In this document: piece by piece, positions 1 to 11,300 of the stretch
How the letters are laid out: each line of letters opens with the position of its first letter
Position numbering within the stretch: the first letter of the stretch is position 1
NCBI GenBank assembly: GCA_937895935.1
Contig: CALBKX010000005.1
Coordinates: forward strand, 1 to 63,149
Source: an uncultured Clostridia bacterium
Lineage (GTDB): Bacteria; Bacillota; Clostridia; Christensenellales; UBA1242
DNA length: 63,149 nt
Reading direction: 5' to 3'
The notes under the pieces: model-generated
Told to the model about the DNA's origin: nothing
What the model saw: the letters and a program-made list of their open reading frames with translations, nothing else
Database searches by the model: none
Made by a program: the position numbers and the translations under genes

Positions 1-218
1 TAGCTGACAAAATGCTACTAGAGGGAGCATAAAAATTTTAAACAAAAATATATTTGATTTTTAGATTATCATAATTATTTTTAAAATTTATTTAAAAAAA
101 TTGCAAAAATTAACAAAAAAAGACAAAAAAATTAAAATTTACAGCCTTGTCTACCCCCATCCCTGCCACACTTTAGTAAATTTACATCCAATAACCAAAT
201 TGACAATTATAATTATAA

Positions 219-242
219 ATAAGTTCGGAGAACCGAACTTAT
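219..242 (-). terminator. Putative intrinsic terminator of the helicase-nuclease gene
   Basis: Perfect 10-bp stem ATAAGTTCGG/CCGAACTTAT with an AGAA loop, overlapping the TAA stop (239-241). On the minus strand it is followed by ATTTATAATT, an imperfect U tract. Confidence 0.4.
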
Positions 243-3200
243 TTTAATTTTTCTAATATTTTTGATAAACGATTTAGAACTTTCTTTTTGTTAAGCCACC
301 ATTCACGACTCCAAATCCTAAAAATTTGCCAGCCACGACTTTCAAGAAATGCTGGATGATAGACATCTCTTTCAAGCACACTTTTACTACTTTCAAAAGC
401 ACTATAGTCAAACTCTATTCCCAGCAAATATTTGTCCTTTTTCTTGTTGTAAACCGCAAGTGGGATTTTGTTTGATGTATTTCCAATATTGCATTCAACA
501 TAGTAACCGATATTTTCAAGCTCCGATTTAACTTGCTTTTGCAAATTCTCATTCAAATCAGCAGTGCTATTTTCAACTCTTGGAAACAAATTGTTCAAAA
601 TTATGTTTGTCTCAATTGTATTCCCATTTGACACTGCACGAACATATTTTAAATATTCCTTAAACAATTTTGGTCCTATGTTTTTTGAACCATCAACATT
701 AAGTTCTTCTGGCTCAATACTTGTAACAACATAAATTTTTTCTTTAGCTCTTGTAATTGCAACATTAAGCCTATTTTCGCCACCTTCGTTAGAAAGCAAA
801 CCAAAATGAGCAACAATTTTGCCATATTCATTTTTTGCGTACCCTGTACTAAAAATAATTATATCTCTTTCATCGCCTTGAACATTTTCAAGGTTTTTAA
901 CAAACAAGCTAACATCTTCGCCGTTGTCTTTTCTGTTTTGTTCAAGAATCAAAGCATTTCTGAAATCATCATCCCTTTCTGCAAGAGCGTCAATTTCATC
1001 TTCAATTGCATATTCTTGTTCCAAATTAAATGTAATTATTCCAATGCTTGCCTTTCTGTTTTTGTCCTTTAAGAGTTTTTCAAGAAGCTTAACAACTTGT
1101 TGTGCCTCGATATTATTTCTGGTGTTAATCCATTTCCCGTCAACTTTTATACGTTCAATTGGTCGTAGTCTTTTGTTTTTTGTTATGTTTGGTGCAATTT
1201 GCAACTTTTTATTGTAAAAAGCATAATTGCTAAAATTGATCAATTCTTCACTTCGACTTCTATAGTGATATGTAAGATTACTGCTGTAATATCTGCTAGT
1301 TGCAAGGTCAAGTAAACTTTCAACCTCAAGAGCAGCTTGAGTAGAATAGTCAAACTCGTCAACATCTTCATTCCCCATATATCTTTTAATAAAAGTAGCA
1401 TAAGGTCTAAGTTGTTTGTTATCACCTGCAATAACAATATGTTTTCCACGAAAAATGCAAGGTAAAGTATTTTCTATAAATACTTGTGATGCTTCATCAA
1501 AAATAACCAAATCAAACAATTCTTTTTTAAGCGGTAAAATTTGGCTAGCACTTTCTGGGCTTAAAAGCCAGCAAGGAAAAAGTTTAAGCAAATATTTTTG
1601 ATATACATTCATAATTTTTCTAATAGGCCATAAATTTTGTTGCTTTGAAATTTGATACAAAAAGTTTTTGCTTTCTTCAACATTGTCATTGATGAGTTTT
1701 TTATACTCATTATTGTTTTGCTCTAAACTAATTTTTCGATTAATCGACATTTCTTCATTTCTAAGGGCAACTATTCGATTTTTAATGTTATTAAAATCGG
1801 CAAGTTTTGCAAGTTCATTTTTATAAGAATCTTCAAGTTTAATTACTTCAACATATGTTCTAAAAGTTAAAAATTTTTGAATTATATATTCAAAACTCTT
1901 AAAGTTATCACTATTTTTGTAAGCAAATTTCAAAAGAATTTTTTCAGTATCATCCAATTCTTTGAGTGCAATATTGATATCTCTAACTTCAACATAATCC
2001 TTAAGTGCATTGCCAAGCATTTTAAGATACATTGTATTTCCACTCAAAATGTTATCACAAGTTAATAAATACCCTTTTGGCTCAAGCACATCTTTTAAAA
2101 TTTCATATTCACTTATGTAGTCTTTTAAGTCTTGCAAGGTTTTATCAAACGAAGATTCAATTTCTTTTTCCTTCAAATTAACCTTATGTTTTAAAAATGG
2201 ATAAATAGGCAAAAATATATAACTTGCCTTAAGGCGTTTATATAGATTTGGATTTTCAGTTGACGAAATATATTTTGTAAGTGGCTTATATTTCAACTTT
2301 CCATCATCGCTATGCTCTAAATAATAAGCTAGTAAATCCCTTGCATAAGGTCTTTTGGTCATATCAAAAGGAATAAACCTGCTTGAAATTACTTTATTAA
2401 TTAAATTTTGAGATTGCACTAAGGTGTGCATTTCAATATCACTTTTTATGTAATCAATAAGTGGGTTTACTTGTTTTTTTTCAATAAACTTATAATAAAG
2501 TCCGTCTTTATTTTTTTCTTTAATGTGTTTGATCGCTTGTTTTATATCATTAAAATTCAAAGCCATAATATCAGCATTATTAAGCATTGATTTATAAATT
2601 GCATAATCCGCACTTTTTTTTCCGATTATTTCACTATTTGCATACATTTGTTGCAAATTTATTCCATAAGGCCTAACCTTATATAAGACATCACTAATTT
2701 TTTCAAGTTCTTCAGTTTCTTTTGCTATTTGTTTTTCGAGTTTATCGTACTCTTCTATATTAGCAGTTGGAGAAGATGCCATCACAAGATCGTGTGTTTG
2801 TTTTGCTTTTATATAAAATGCAATTTTTGATTTATCGCTGTCATTTATTTGCATTGCTTTGGCGTTTAAATTTGCAAGTCTATTATAAACAACATCAAGT
2901 GCAGCTTTTTTTTGACTAACCACAAGCACTTTTTCACCTTTTGCAAGTGCATCTGCAATAATGTTTACAATGGTCTGACTCTTTCCTGTTCCTGGAGGGC
3001 CATAAATTACCATATTTGAATTTGAGTTCAAATTTTGGATGGTGTTTAATTGAGCATAGTCAAGATTACTAATAATATGTGTTTCTGCACAAACTTTTTT
3101 GTTCGGCTTTGAAGTTTTTGCAAGCAACAATTCATCAATCGCATTTGTAGAAAGAGATTGTTTTTCTAATATCTCATAATCGTTATATATGCTATTTGTA

Positions 3201-4018
3201 AGCGGAAACCTTCCCAAAATGCAATAATTTTTAATTTGCAATGGATCTCCCAATTTAGGTTCTGGCGAATTTTCAAAATTAAGCATCCCCTTGTGTTCAG
3301 CATAGTTAATTTCAATACCAAAAGTATCAAGATAATTAACTATGTCTTTTATATTTTTCAATCCATATGCCTTTAAATTGTCAAAATCAGTTTCAAGTTC
3401 GTCTACATTGATTTTTTTAGCATTTGCATAAGCATATATTAATACTTTGTTGAATTTTATTGGCTCATTTGCCTTAAGTTCAATGTTTACAGTTGTTTCA
3501 TTTTCAACATTTATAACTGCAGGGAAAAGAATCAATGGTGCTTTAATTGCAAGATCTTTGCCAATGTATCCTTCAACAAAAGGATATCCAACATAAAGTT
3601 CATATCTCCCTGTTTCTTTTTCTAACTCTTCATTTTCTCTTTTTAGTGCTTTTAAGCTTGCAACTTCTTTTATCATTGATCGTTTTAATTCTTGCTTTTT
3701 CGCACGCTCTATTTTTAAATAATCCGGCTTTTCGGTTCCATCTTCTAGTTTAATGGATAAATTATAACGACCAAGTTTGTTTTCAACTTTAAGATTTTTG
3801 TAAATAAGCTCTTTTTCGTTTTTACCAATAAGTTCAAAATTAAGCTTTTTCCCATCCCACAAAAAATCAATAAAATTTGCAATTGTATCGTATTCATTAT
3901 TAAGAAGTTTGCCAATATCATAACTAAATTTGTTGGTTACTTTTTTTGAATACAAACTTCTGTTTTTCCCACTTATTTCAATAAGTCTACGTTTATAATA
4001 TTTATATATCTTTTTCAT
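239..4018 (-). CDS. Superfamily-1 (Upf1/DNA2-like, AAA_11/AAA_12) helicase with an N-terminal DUF4011-like region and a C-terminal Vsr/DUF559-like (REase_MTES_1575-type) endonuclease domain
   Basis: Helicase motifs: Walker A VIYGPPGTGKSQT, motif II LVIFDEASQ, TYHYRSRSEELI, VQGDERDIIIFS, RLNVAITRAKEKIYVV. The N-terminus RRLIEISGKNRSLYS resembles DUF4011. The C-terminus is IGIEFD...ERDVYHPAFLESRGWQIFRIWSREWW. Start placed at ATG 4016-4018, preceded by GAGG; the track ORF extends to 4075. Confidence 0.85.
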   Translation of the reverse strand: MKKIYKYYKRRLIEISGKNRSLYSKKVTNKFSYDIGKLLNNEYDTIANFIDFLWDGKKLNFELIGKNEKELIYKNLKVENKLGRYNLSIKLEDGTEKPDYLKIERAKKQELKRSMIKEVASLKALKRENEELEKETGRYELYVGYPFVEGYIGKDLAIKAPLILFPAVINVENETTVNIELKANEPIKFNKVLIYAYANAKKINVDELETDFDNLKAYGLKNIKDIVNYLDTFGIEINYAEHKGMLNFENSPEPKLGDPLQIKNYCILGRFPLTNSIYNDYEILEKQSLSTNAIDELLLAKTSKPNKKVCAETHIISNLDYAQLNTIQNLNSNSNMVIYGPPGTGKSQTIVNIIADALAKGEKVLVVSQKKAALDVVYNRLANLNAKAMQINDSDKSKIAFYIKAKQTHDLVMASSPTANIEEYDKLEKQIAKETEELEKISDVLYKVRPYGINLQQMYANSEIIGKKSADYAIYKSMLNNADIMALNFNDIKQAIKHIKEKNKDGLYYKFIEKKQVNPLIDYIKSDIEMHTLVQSQNLINKVISSRFIPFDMTKRPYARDLLAYYLEHSDDGKLKYKPLTKYISSTENPNLYKRLKASYIFLPIYPFLKHKVNLKEKEIESSFDKTLQDLKDYISEYEILKDVLEPKGYLLTCDNILSGNTMYLKMLGNALKDYVEVRDINIALKELDDTEKILLKFAYKNSDNFKSFEYIIQKFLTFRTYVEVIKLEDSYKNELAKLADFNNIKNRIVALRNEEMSINRKISLEQNNNEYKKLINDNVEESKNFLYQISKQQNLWPIRKIMNVYQKYLLKLFPCWLLSPESASQILPLKKELFDLVIFDEASQVFIENTLPCIFRGKHIVIAGDNKQLRPYATFIKRYMGNEDVDEFDYSTQAALEVESLLDLATSRYYSSNLTYHYRSRSEELINFSNYAFYNKKLQIAPNITKNKRLRPIERIKVDGKWINTRNNIEAQQVVKLLEKLLKDKNRKASIGIITFNLEQEYAIEDEIDALAERDDDFRNALILEQNRKDNGEDVSLFVKNLENVQGDERDIIIFSTGYAKNEYGKIVAHFGLLSNEGGENRLNVAITRAKEKIYVVTSIEPEELNVDGSKNIGPKLFKEYLKYVRAVSNGNTIETNIILNNLFPRVENSTADLNENLQKQVKSELENIGYYVECNIGNTSNKIPLAVYNKKKDKYLLGIEFDYSAFESSKSVLERDVYHPAFLESRGWQIFRIWSREWWLNKKKVLNRLSKILEKLK

Positions 4019-4324
4019 ATCAACCTCAAAACCCATTTTAGCACAAAAGTTTAAAACATTAAAGAGGTAAATCAAATTTTTTTAAACTTTTCTTTATTAT
4101 GCTTTATTACCATAATGACGTTAACTTGACTCCTTTAAAATGTGAATTAAATTTTGTTTTCCCATTAACATTGATCGTTATAAATATTACGTAAATATTT
4201 GACATTTTTATGATTTTTTTATTATCTTAACATAATATTTATAAAATATTTTTTGAATATGCAATAATTTATTACCAAGCATATTACAATTTATTGTTTA
4301 AATTAATTTAACAAAAAAACTACT

Positions 4325-4356
4325 AAAAAACACAACCTATTTATATAGATTGTGTT
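4325..4356 (-). terminator. Intrinsic terminator after the 165-aa membrane protein gene
   Basis: Stem ACACAACCTAT/ATAGATTGTGT with one mismatch, about 30 nt downstream of the stop at 4385. It is flanked by an A6 run and a T6 run, so a U tract follows on the minus strand. Confidence 0.6.
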
Positions 4357-4384
4357 TTTTACTTTTTTCAAAAATAATTTTAAA

Positions 4385-4882
4385 TTATTTTTTTGATTTT
4401 GAAACTGCTGGGATAATTCCACAAACAAGTGCTAAAACGCCAACAGCAAGATTTAACCAAGCGCCAATAGCAGGACCAGCTTTAACTCCTGAGCCACCTA
4501 CATTTACTGCAAAATCACCACCCATTACAAATAAAGCAATGATTGAAACAATAGCAGAAACAGCAAATAAGGTAAGCAAAGCAATGTTAACAATGTTGAC
4601 ATTAAATTTTATTTTTAAAACTTTTAAATTTTTTAAAAGTAAAACCAATGCCCAAGCGATTAATAATGCAGCAACAACAATTAAAATAATTGTAAATGCT
4701 TTATAAAGACCAAAGCCTTTAATATTATCTGCTGATTCTTTAATCAAGTCGTAAGCATTGAATGTGTCAGAACTTGAGACTCCAACCATAGTAATTTTTT
4801 GGTAAAAACTAGCTAAAGCTAAAAAAACAAATCCTAAAACACCTGCAGCAGCAGAACTAATCATTCCTAACCATTTTTTCAT
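4385..4882 (-). CDS. Small integral membrane protein (about 4 TM segments), function unknown
   Basis: 165-aa ORF with a GGAG RBS (rc of CTCC at 4889-4892). Hydrophobic segments: ISSAAAGVLGFVFLALA, FTIILIVVAALLIAWALVLLL, IALLTLFAVSAIVSIIALFV, LAVGVLALVCGIIPA. I recognise no family. Confidence 0.6.
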   Translation of the reverse strand: MKKWLGMISSAAAGVLGFVFLALASFYQKITMVGVSSSDTFNAYDLIKESADNIKGFGLYKAFTIILIVVAALLIAWALVLLLKNLKVLKIKFNVNIVNIALLTLFAVSAIVSIIALFVMGGDFAVNVGGSGVKAGPAIGAWLNLAVGVLALVCGIIPAVSKSKK

Positions 4883-5262
4883 ACTTTTCTCCTTTTAATT
4901 AAAATTTGGAAGAAACCATATTTCAATTAATTCCTAAATTAATTGAACAAAGTCAAAATGTTACATTTTCTTTTGTAAACATTTTTTTGCCAAATATGTA
5001 TTAATTAAAGAAAGAATATTTAATAAAAATCTTTTTTCTTTCAAATTAAGTATATCTCCCTCAACATAGCTGTGTCAAATTTTTAAAAACAAATTTAGTT
5101 TAATTTAAAAGTTAAAAAGCAAAAAATTTACATATTCATCGTTAATTAAAAATGAAAATTTATATGACTCATAAATTCTAATCTGCAATTACAATTCAAA
5201 AAAATAATAAACTATTTCCCTTTACAAGCCTTTTTACTTTTTCAAAAAAACAACAATTATTT

Positions 5263-5306
5263 AAAAAAATAAAGCAAAATTGGTATCTTAATTCCAATTT
5301 TGCTTT
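5263..5306 (-). terminator. Intrinsic (bidirectional-looking) terminator of the 335-aa / 2175-aa operon
   Basis: 13-bp stem AAAGCAAAATTGG/CCAATTTTGCTTT (5271-5283 and 5294-5306). Preceded on the plus strand by an A run (5263-5270), which reads as a U tract on the minus strand. Confidence 0.75.
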
Positions 5307-5398
5307 ATTTTTACATAAATTCATTAAAAATTTTGATATTTTAAATATTTTTATTGTTATTTTAATAAGATTTATTTAGATAAAATTTTTTAATAAAT

Positions 5399-8300
5399 TT
5401 ATTTTTGATATTTCCAAACTGCAAATAGTTCAACGTCATCAGTAATTTTTAAATTAGTTAAAACTGTATAACTTTCTGTTGTTGCACTTGTTGCCAATGA
5501 GTTGTAAGAAAGTTGTTTTTTACTTTCTGTACTCCAAGAATGTACAACAAACTTATATGATTTATCAATACCCATTGCTTTATATTTGTAAACGCAAGAT
5601 GAAGTATATTTTGAAGGGTCAAATTCAGTTCCTGCTAAAAATCTAATACTGCTTACTTTTGTTGGCGCTGTGGTACAAGTAATTTTTCCAAATACGTTAC
5701 TGTTATTGTCTTTCCATGAATCAGGTTTTGCCCATGCAACATTGAATGATACTTCATAGTAAAGTTTTATTTCTTTATTCCAAGAAGCAACGATATTGAT
5801 ATCAGCATTTGGCATTACAAAATTTGATAAATCAGTAATTTTTTCATCACCAACAAAATATCCGTTAAATGTGTAAATTATTCTTTCAGTTTGTGTTCCG
5901 TCATCAAAATAATAACTATTTTGAGAAACTAAACTAATTTTGTCGCCTTGATATTTTGTCATCTGTTGATTTATAACATTGCCATAGATTGATGTTACGT
6001 TTACATTATATTCATTTTTGATATAAATAGAAATATCAGTATTTGGCATAATGTATGTGTTTATATCAATTTCAGTTTCATAAGTGCTATCTAAATAATA
6101 CTTAGTTGTATCCTTAAATTTTGCACCACTAACTAAAATATTTTTGCCTTCCAACACACGTCTTGTTAAAACTTTTTCATTATTGTCGTAAATATTTACA
6201 GTGTATGTTTCTTTGCTATCTACTATTGACCATTTAGCAAATAAGGTTAAATTCTCATTAGGAGCAACATTGCTATCAAAAGGAATTTCTAAGTCAACAT
6301 CAGTAAACCAGCCATCAAATTGTTTTGTAACAATGCTTTCTTGCGTTTCCTCAGTCAAAAGTTCAAAATAAGTTGGTAAATTAATGATAGAATTTTCAAG
6401 AACTATTAAATCTGGAATATTTTCTCCACCATTTGGAACAAAATTAATAGTTATATATTTTTGAGAACGCTTACTCCATTTAGCATAAAGAATGGTATTT
6501 TTCCTTGGGATTTCATTTTCCTTGTATTCTTTTCCATCTTCACAATCAAATGAAGTGTACCAACCTTCAAAAATATAATGCACTCTTTCGCTAGCGGAGT
6601 CAACATAATAATTGTTTAAAACTGGCAAAGTAATTCTAGCTCCCGCTGCACCCGACATACTTTCAACAGTTTGGTCACAATTTGTTTTAAAACTTAATGT
6701 AAATTTGTTCAAATCTGTTATATCCCAGTCACCATTGTAAGCCGCCCAAGCTGCTCCCTCTTTATATTTGTACGAATTAATATAATCATACAAATAATTA
6801 AGGTCTAAAGGTTTACCAATGTTTATATGTTTTAAATCGTTTGATTTTAATGTAATTTCAACACTGCTTGCAACAGGCATATACATATCAAATCCAATAT
6901 TTTCAACAACCATTTTATTATTGTAAGCGGTTGTTCCCACTGTTAAGGTCATTGTATCAAGTTTATCATTTTCTGCTAATTCTTTTAAATTTAATTTTAA
7001 AGAATATTGATTTGTTGTAGATGTAAAATCAACTAAAACATTGCTATAATCAACTGGGTTGATTCTTTCTTTATTAATTGCTTCACTTATAGCATCTTTA
7101 ATTTTTCCGCTAAAGCCCATTCCATATTGTAAAATATAGTAAATTGGGTCATCAAGAAGAGTGTCAATATGAATCATTATCTTTTTCTCATATGTTCTAT
7201 CTTGAACACCTAAAATAGTAGGGACGGTTTCTTTTCTATAGAAATAAACATAATCGTCTTTAATATATATGTTTAAAATTCTGTCAAGTCCAGCATAGAT
7301 TCCACTTGTTATATTTCCTGCTTGAAATGGTACGTCATCATTAACTCCAGGTACAACTGGGATTGGACCAATTGTTATACTTGCTTCTTTTAATTTATTA
7401 TCGCCTATTTTTGCTTTAACGATAGTTGGAATATTCCAATCAATATTAATGCCAATAACTTTTAATTTTAAATTAATATTTCCAGAAATTTCAAAATCAG
7501 TAAACTCAGTTGTGTTGCTAATAGCATCTAATAATTTATCAATATTGTTTAAATTAATATAGTTACCAGAAGGAATAGCAAATTTGGAATCAAATTCGTT
7601 TAATTTTAATTGCAATTTTTCTACTGTATTATTAGACAAACTAAAGTTTTCTATAAATATTTTATCTAAACCAACATCTGAATAATCTAAACTAAATACG
7701 ACATTACTATTTTCATTTAAACTTAATTTCAAACCATTCAAGTTTAAAATTCCATTTAATGATAAATCGGATAAATTAAGAGATAATATAGAATTAACAT
7801 CTAATTTTTCCAACAATTCAACAAAATTTACACTATTTGATACATTTAAACTTAAATCCGTATTTAAAATTTTACTTATAGTATCAACAATATTATTTAT
7901 TGAGTCTAAGTTAATTTTTACACTCATTTTATTGTATTTTAAATAAATTGTGCCATTTAAACATGTAATATCTATAGAATGTTGTCTTTGAACAGTACTT
8001 AAAAGTTTTTTGGTGCTATTTTCAAAACTGAATTTTTCTGTTGTTGTTTCTACTTCAAATTTAATATATGCTTTTAATTTGCTTATCTCAAAAACGCCAT
8101 TATCAAAAGCCTCACTCCAATCCAATTTTGCTAAACTGCTAGAAAGCATATTGATTGTAGTAACAGTAGATTTAGTTAATAGGTTATCGGCATCTCTTTC
8201 TTCAACTGTGTGATAAATTTTTCCTTGTAATTCAATTGAAATGTGTTTATTGTCAATTATATCAACAATGTTTTTAATTGTTTTTTCAACCAAGTTTTCA

Positions 8301-11300
8301 GCTGAGTCTAGGCTTGAATATTTCTCTTTATTTAATGTTGGAACTGTGATTGTGTTTAAAATTTCAACTCCACCATTGACTTTTACATTTTGTAAATTTA
8401 AGTTAGATATTTTTAATCCTGATACTTTGTTGTTGAACAAAATTTCTAGTATCAAATTTTCATCTGAATTAAACAAGTCTTTTGATAATTCTATAATTGT
8501 TTTATCACTTAAAATACTTAAGTTTTCAAGCCAAGATATGTCAAGACTTGCAAAATCTTTGTTCTTTATTTTACTAAAGTCAAGCCCTGGCAAATATTTT
8601 TTGATTAACTCTTCAATGTCAATTTCTTGTTTTACTATTTGTCCTTTTGATTCATCCCATATGCTTTGTATTGTTTTGTCTGTACCTTTTGCAAGCTCGT
8701 TTTTAAAATATATAAATCTTTGTACTAATTCTACAATGCTTGTAACTTTATCAAACTCTACACTTAAATTTAAATTTCCCAAACTTACATATATTCTTTG
8801 ATTTTGTACATACATCTCTAAATTTAATTCTGTGGTGTTTACAAGTACATTTATGTTTGCATATCCGCTTATCTTTTTAATGTCAAATGTATCTTCAAAA
8901 CATTCTTTTAGGTTTGCATATATTTGTCCATTTACTTTTACTTTTGTGTTGTCAATTGCAATTTCTACGTTGTTTAAGTTTAGTGACAATTCTTTGTTAT
9001 CTTTAAACTCATTGATTGTGTTATCTATTTTTGTAATTAATTCTTCAATGTTGTTTAAATCAAGGTATTTTTCAGTAGGTTCCACAATATCACTGTATTC
9101 GTTAAATCCTAACTCAATGTTTTGTATTTCTACAATAGACGTATTTACATTTTGTAATTGTATTTTATCTATGTTTTTTTCTGTGTATACAACATTTAAA
9201 ATTATATCGTTTAACTCAGCACCTAAATTTAATTCACTTAAATCCAAGTTTATTGAAACCAAGGAATCATTTATTGTCAATGATTTAACAATGTCCAAAC
9301 TCAAATTTGTTAGTGCGTTTTTATCAAAATTAATCTCTGGTAATTTACCTTCCAAATTAATGTTTAATATATTTAAAACTTCATTTATTGCATTTTTTAA
9401 TGATTTTACACTAATTTTTGCATTAATTTTATTGTATTTTAAGTAAATTGTGCCATTAGTTAATGTAAATTCAATAAAGTGCTTTTGTGTTGTTGATTTT
9501 GTTAAAGTTTCATTTTCATATTTATTAACAACCATTTCAGCATTTATTTGTGCATATGCTCTTAATTTATTTATGTCAAAATTTTCATTAAATTCAACTT
9601 CACTTAAATCTAGTTTTAACTTACTTCCTGATTTAATATCCAATATTAATTCTGTTTTGCTTGACTCTTGCTCGCTCAATTTAATTTTTGCTGTGCCAGC
9701 AAGGTCGAGTGAAATTTGCTTGCTATCTAAAATTTTAACAATGTCATTAATTGTTTTTTCAAAAATTTTAGAAACAGAATCAATATTGATAAATTCATCG
9801 TTTTTTAATTCTGGAACATTTATATTTTCAACAAATGAAATTCCACCATTAACGCCAATATCTTTTAATTCTAAATTAGCAATGGTTATGTCTGTAATTT
9901 TATCATTATATTTAATTTCAATGCTTAAATCATCACTGCTGTTAAATAATTCCTTATCTAAAGTAACAATAGTTTTATCATTTAAAATTTCAATATTTTT
10001 TAATAAACTAATTTTTAATGATGCAAAATCACCAGAAATAATTTTTCCGACATCAATTCCCGGCAAGATTTCACTTAGAATAGATAAATAGTCAATTGAT
10101 GTGTTAATTTTTAAATTATTAGCACTATCCCATAATTCTTGTAAATTACTATTTGAGTTTGCATTATCTTTTATATAAATAATTTTTTGTACTAATTCTA
10201 TAATTGAATTAATTTTATCAAATTTTACAGAAATTTTATAATCACCGTACGCAACAAATATTCTTTCATCTCTTATAAAAATTTCTAAAATTATTGGGTT
10301 ATTATTTATTGATAAATTAAGATTTGTGTATAAATTTATTTTTGTATAATCAAAACTTCCTTCCGTGATGCAATCTGCAAAGTTGGCATAAATGTCACCA
10401 TTTACACTATATGTTGAGTCATTTAAAGTAATATCGGTCTTGTTAATTTTTAATTTTAAAACCTTGTCAGTTTTTATTTCATTGATAGATGCCAAAATTG
10501 ATTTTACAAATTTTTCTACATTTTTATATGTATTGAATTCATCTTTATTTAATGTTGGAATGTTGGCATTTGTATTATAATCTAAATCCAAATTTAAGTT
10601 ATAATTATCAATTTTTAAATCGCATACTTTTATTCCAGAGAGTTTTTCATAATTATCAAAAGATAAATTAAAGGTTAAATTGCTATTTAATCCAAATTGT
10701 TCGCCAAGTATTGTAACTACATAGTCACTTTCGTTGTTTGCAATTTCTATTAATTTATTAAAGTTTAAATCTTTAAGTTTATATAAAATAATTTTTGGCA
10801 ATGACTTAATTAAATTTAAAATTTCACCTGGAGTTTTGTCTATATTTAACAAACTAAAAATATTAGTTAAAACCGATGTAAAATCATCTTTTTCTATACA
10901 AAATTTATAGTCATTTAATTGCAAATATAACGTGTCGTTTATATAACCAAGTTTGATAGCATAATTTGAATTGTTGTAATCAACATTAAAATATGCGTAT
11001 ACATTTGTGTTTGAACTAAAGTCAATATCCAAATTTCCCATAGCTTGAATGGTTTGCTTATCACTTATGCTTGCATTAACATTTAAATGCAATTTTTTGT
11101 TTGTTATGATTTCTTTAGCATTGTCAATTAAGTTTACCATTTTTGTAACATTGGTAAACTCTGAAGAATTTTCTGGTTCAGTAATTTCTAAATAACTTTT
11201 TTCCAGTCCCGCATTTAAATTGATAATTTTTTGTGCAAGTTTTAAATTGTTTGCTTGAATGTTTTTAACTTCATATTTATCGTTTGTGTAAATATTTAAA

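Noticed and set aside
146-172. GC-rich 27-mer CCTTGTCTACCCCCATCCCTGCCACAC in the AT-rich left-edge spacer, considered as a tRNA 3' fragment or att site.
   Set aside because: It has no T-arm (GGTTCGAATCC-like) or acceptor/CCA context and no matching repeat elsewhere in the window. The evidence is insufficient for any call.
4019-4075. Upstream extensions of track ORFs: helicase to 4075, maturase to 15408, peptidase to 36888, rpsM, rpsH, rplP, rpmJ, recR, the KOW gene, and the 613-aa ORF from TTG 41676.
   Set aside because: Most of these internal ATGs are preceded by GGAG/GGAGG-type RBSs, though the peptidase ATG has none and was chosen for its N-terminal anchor sequence. They give N-termini matching the canonical family starts, for example [26 protein letters not shown]. 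The extensions start at non-ATG codons or lack an RBS.
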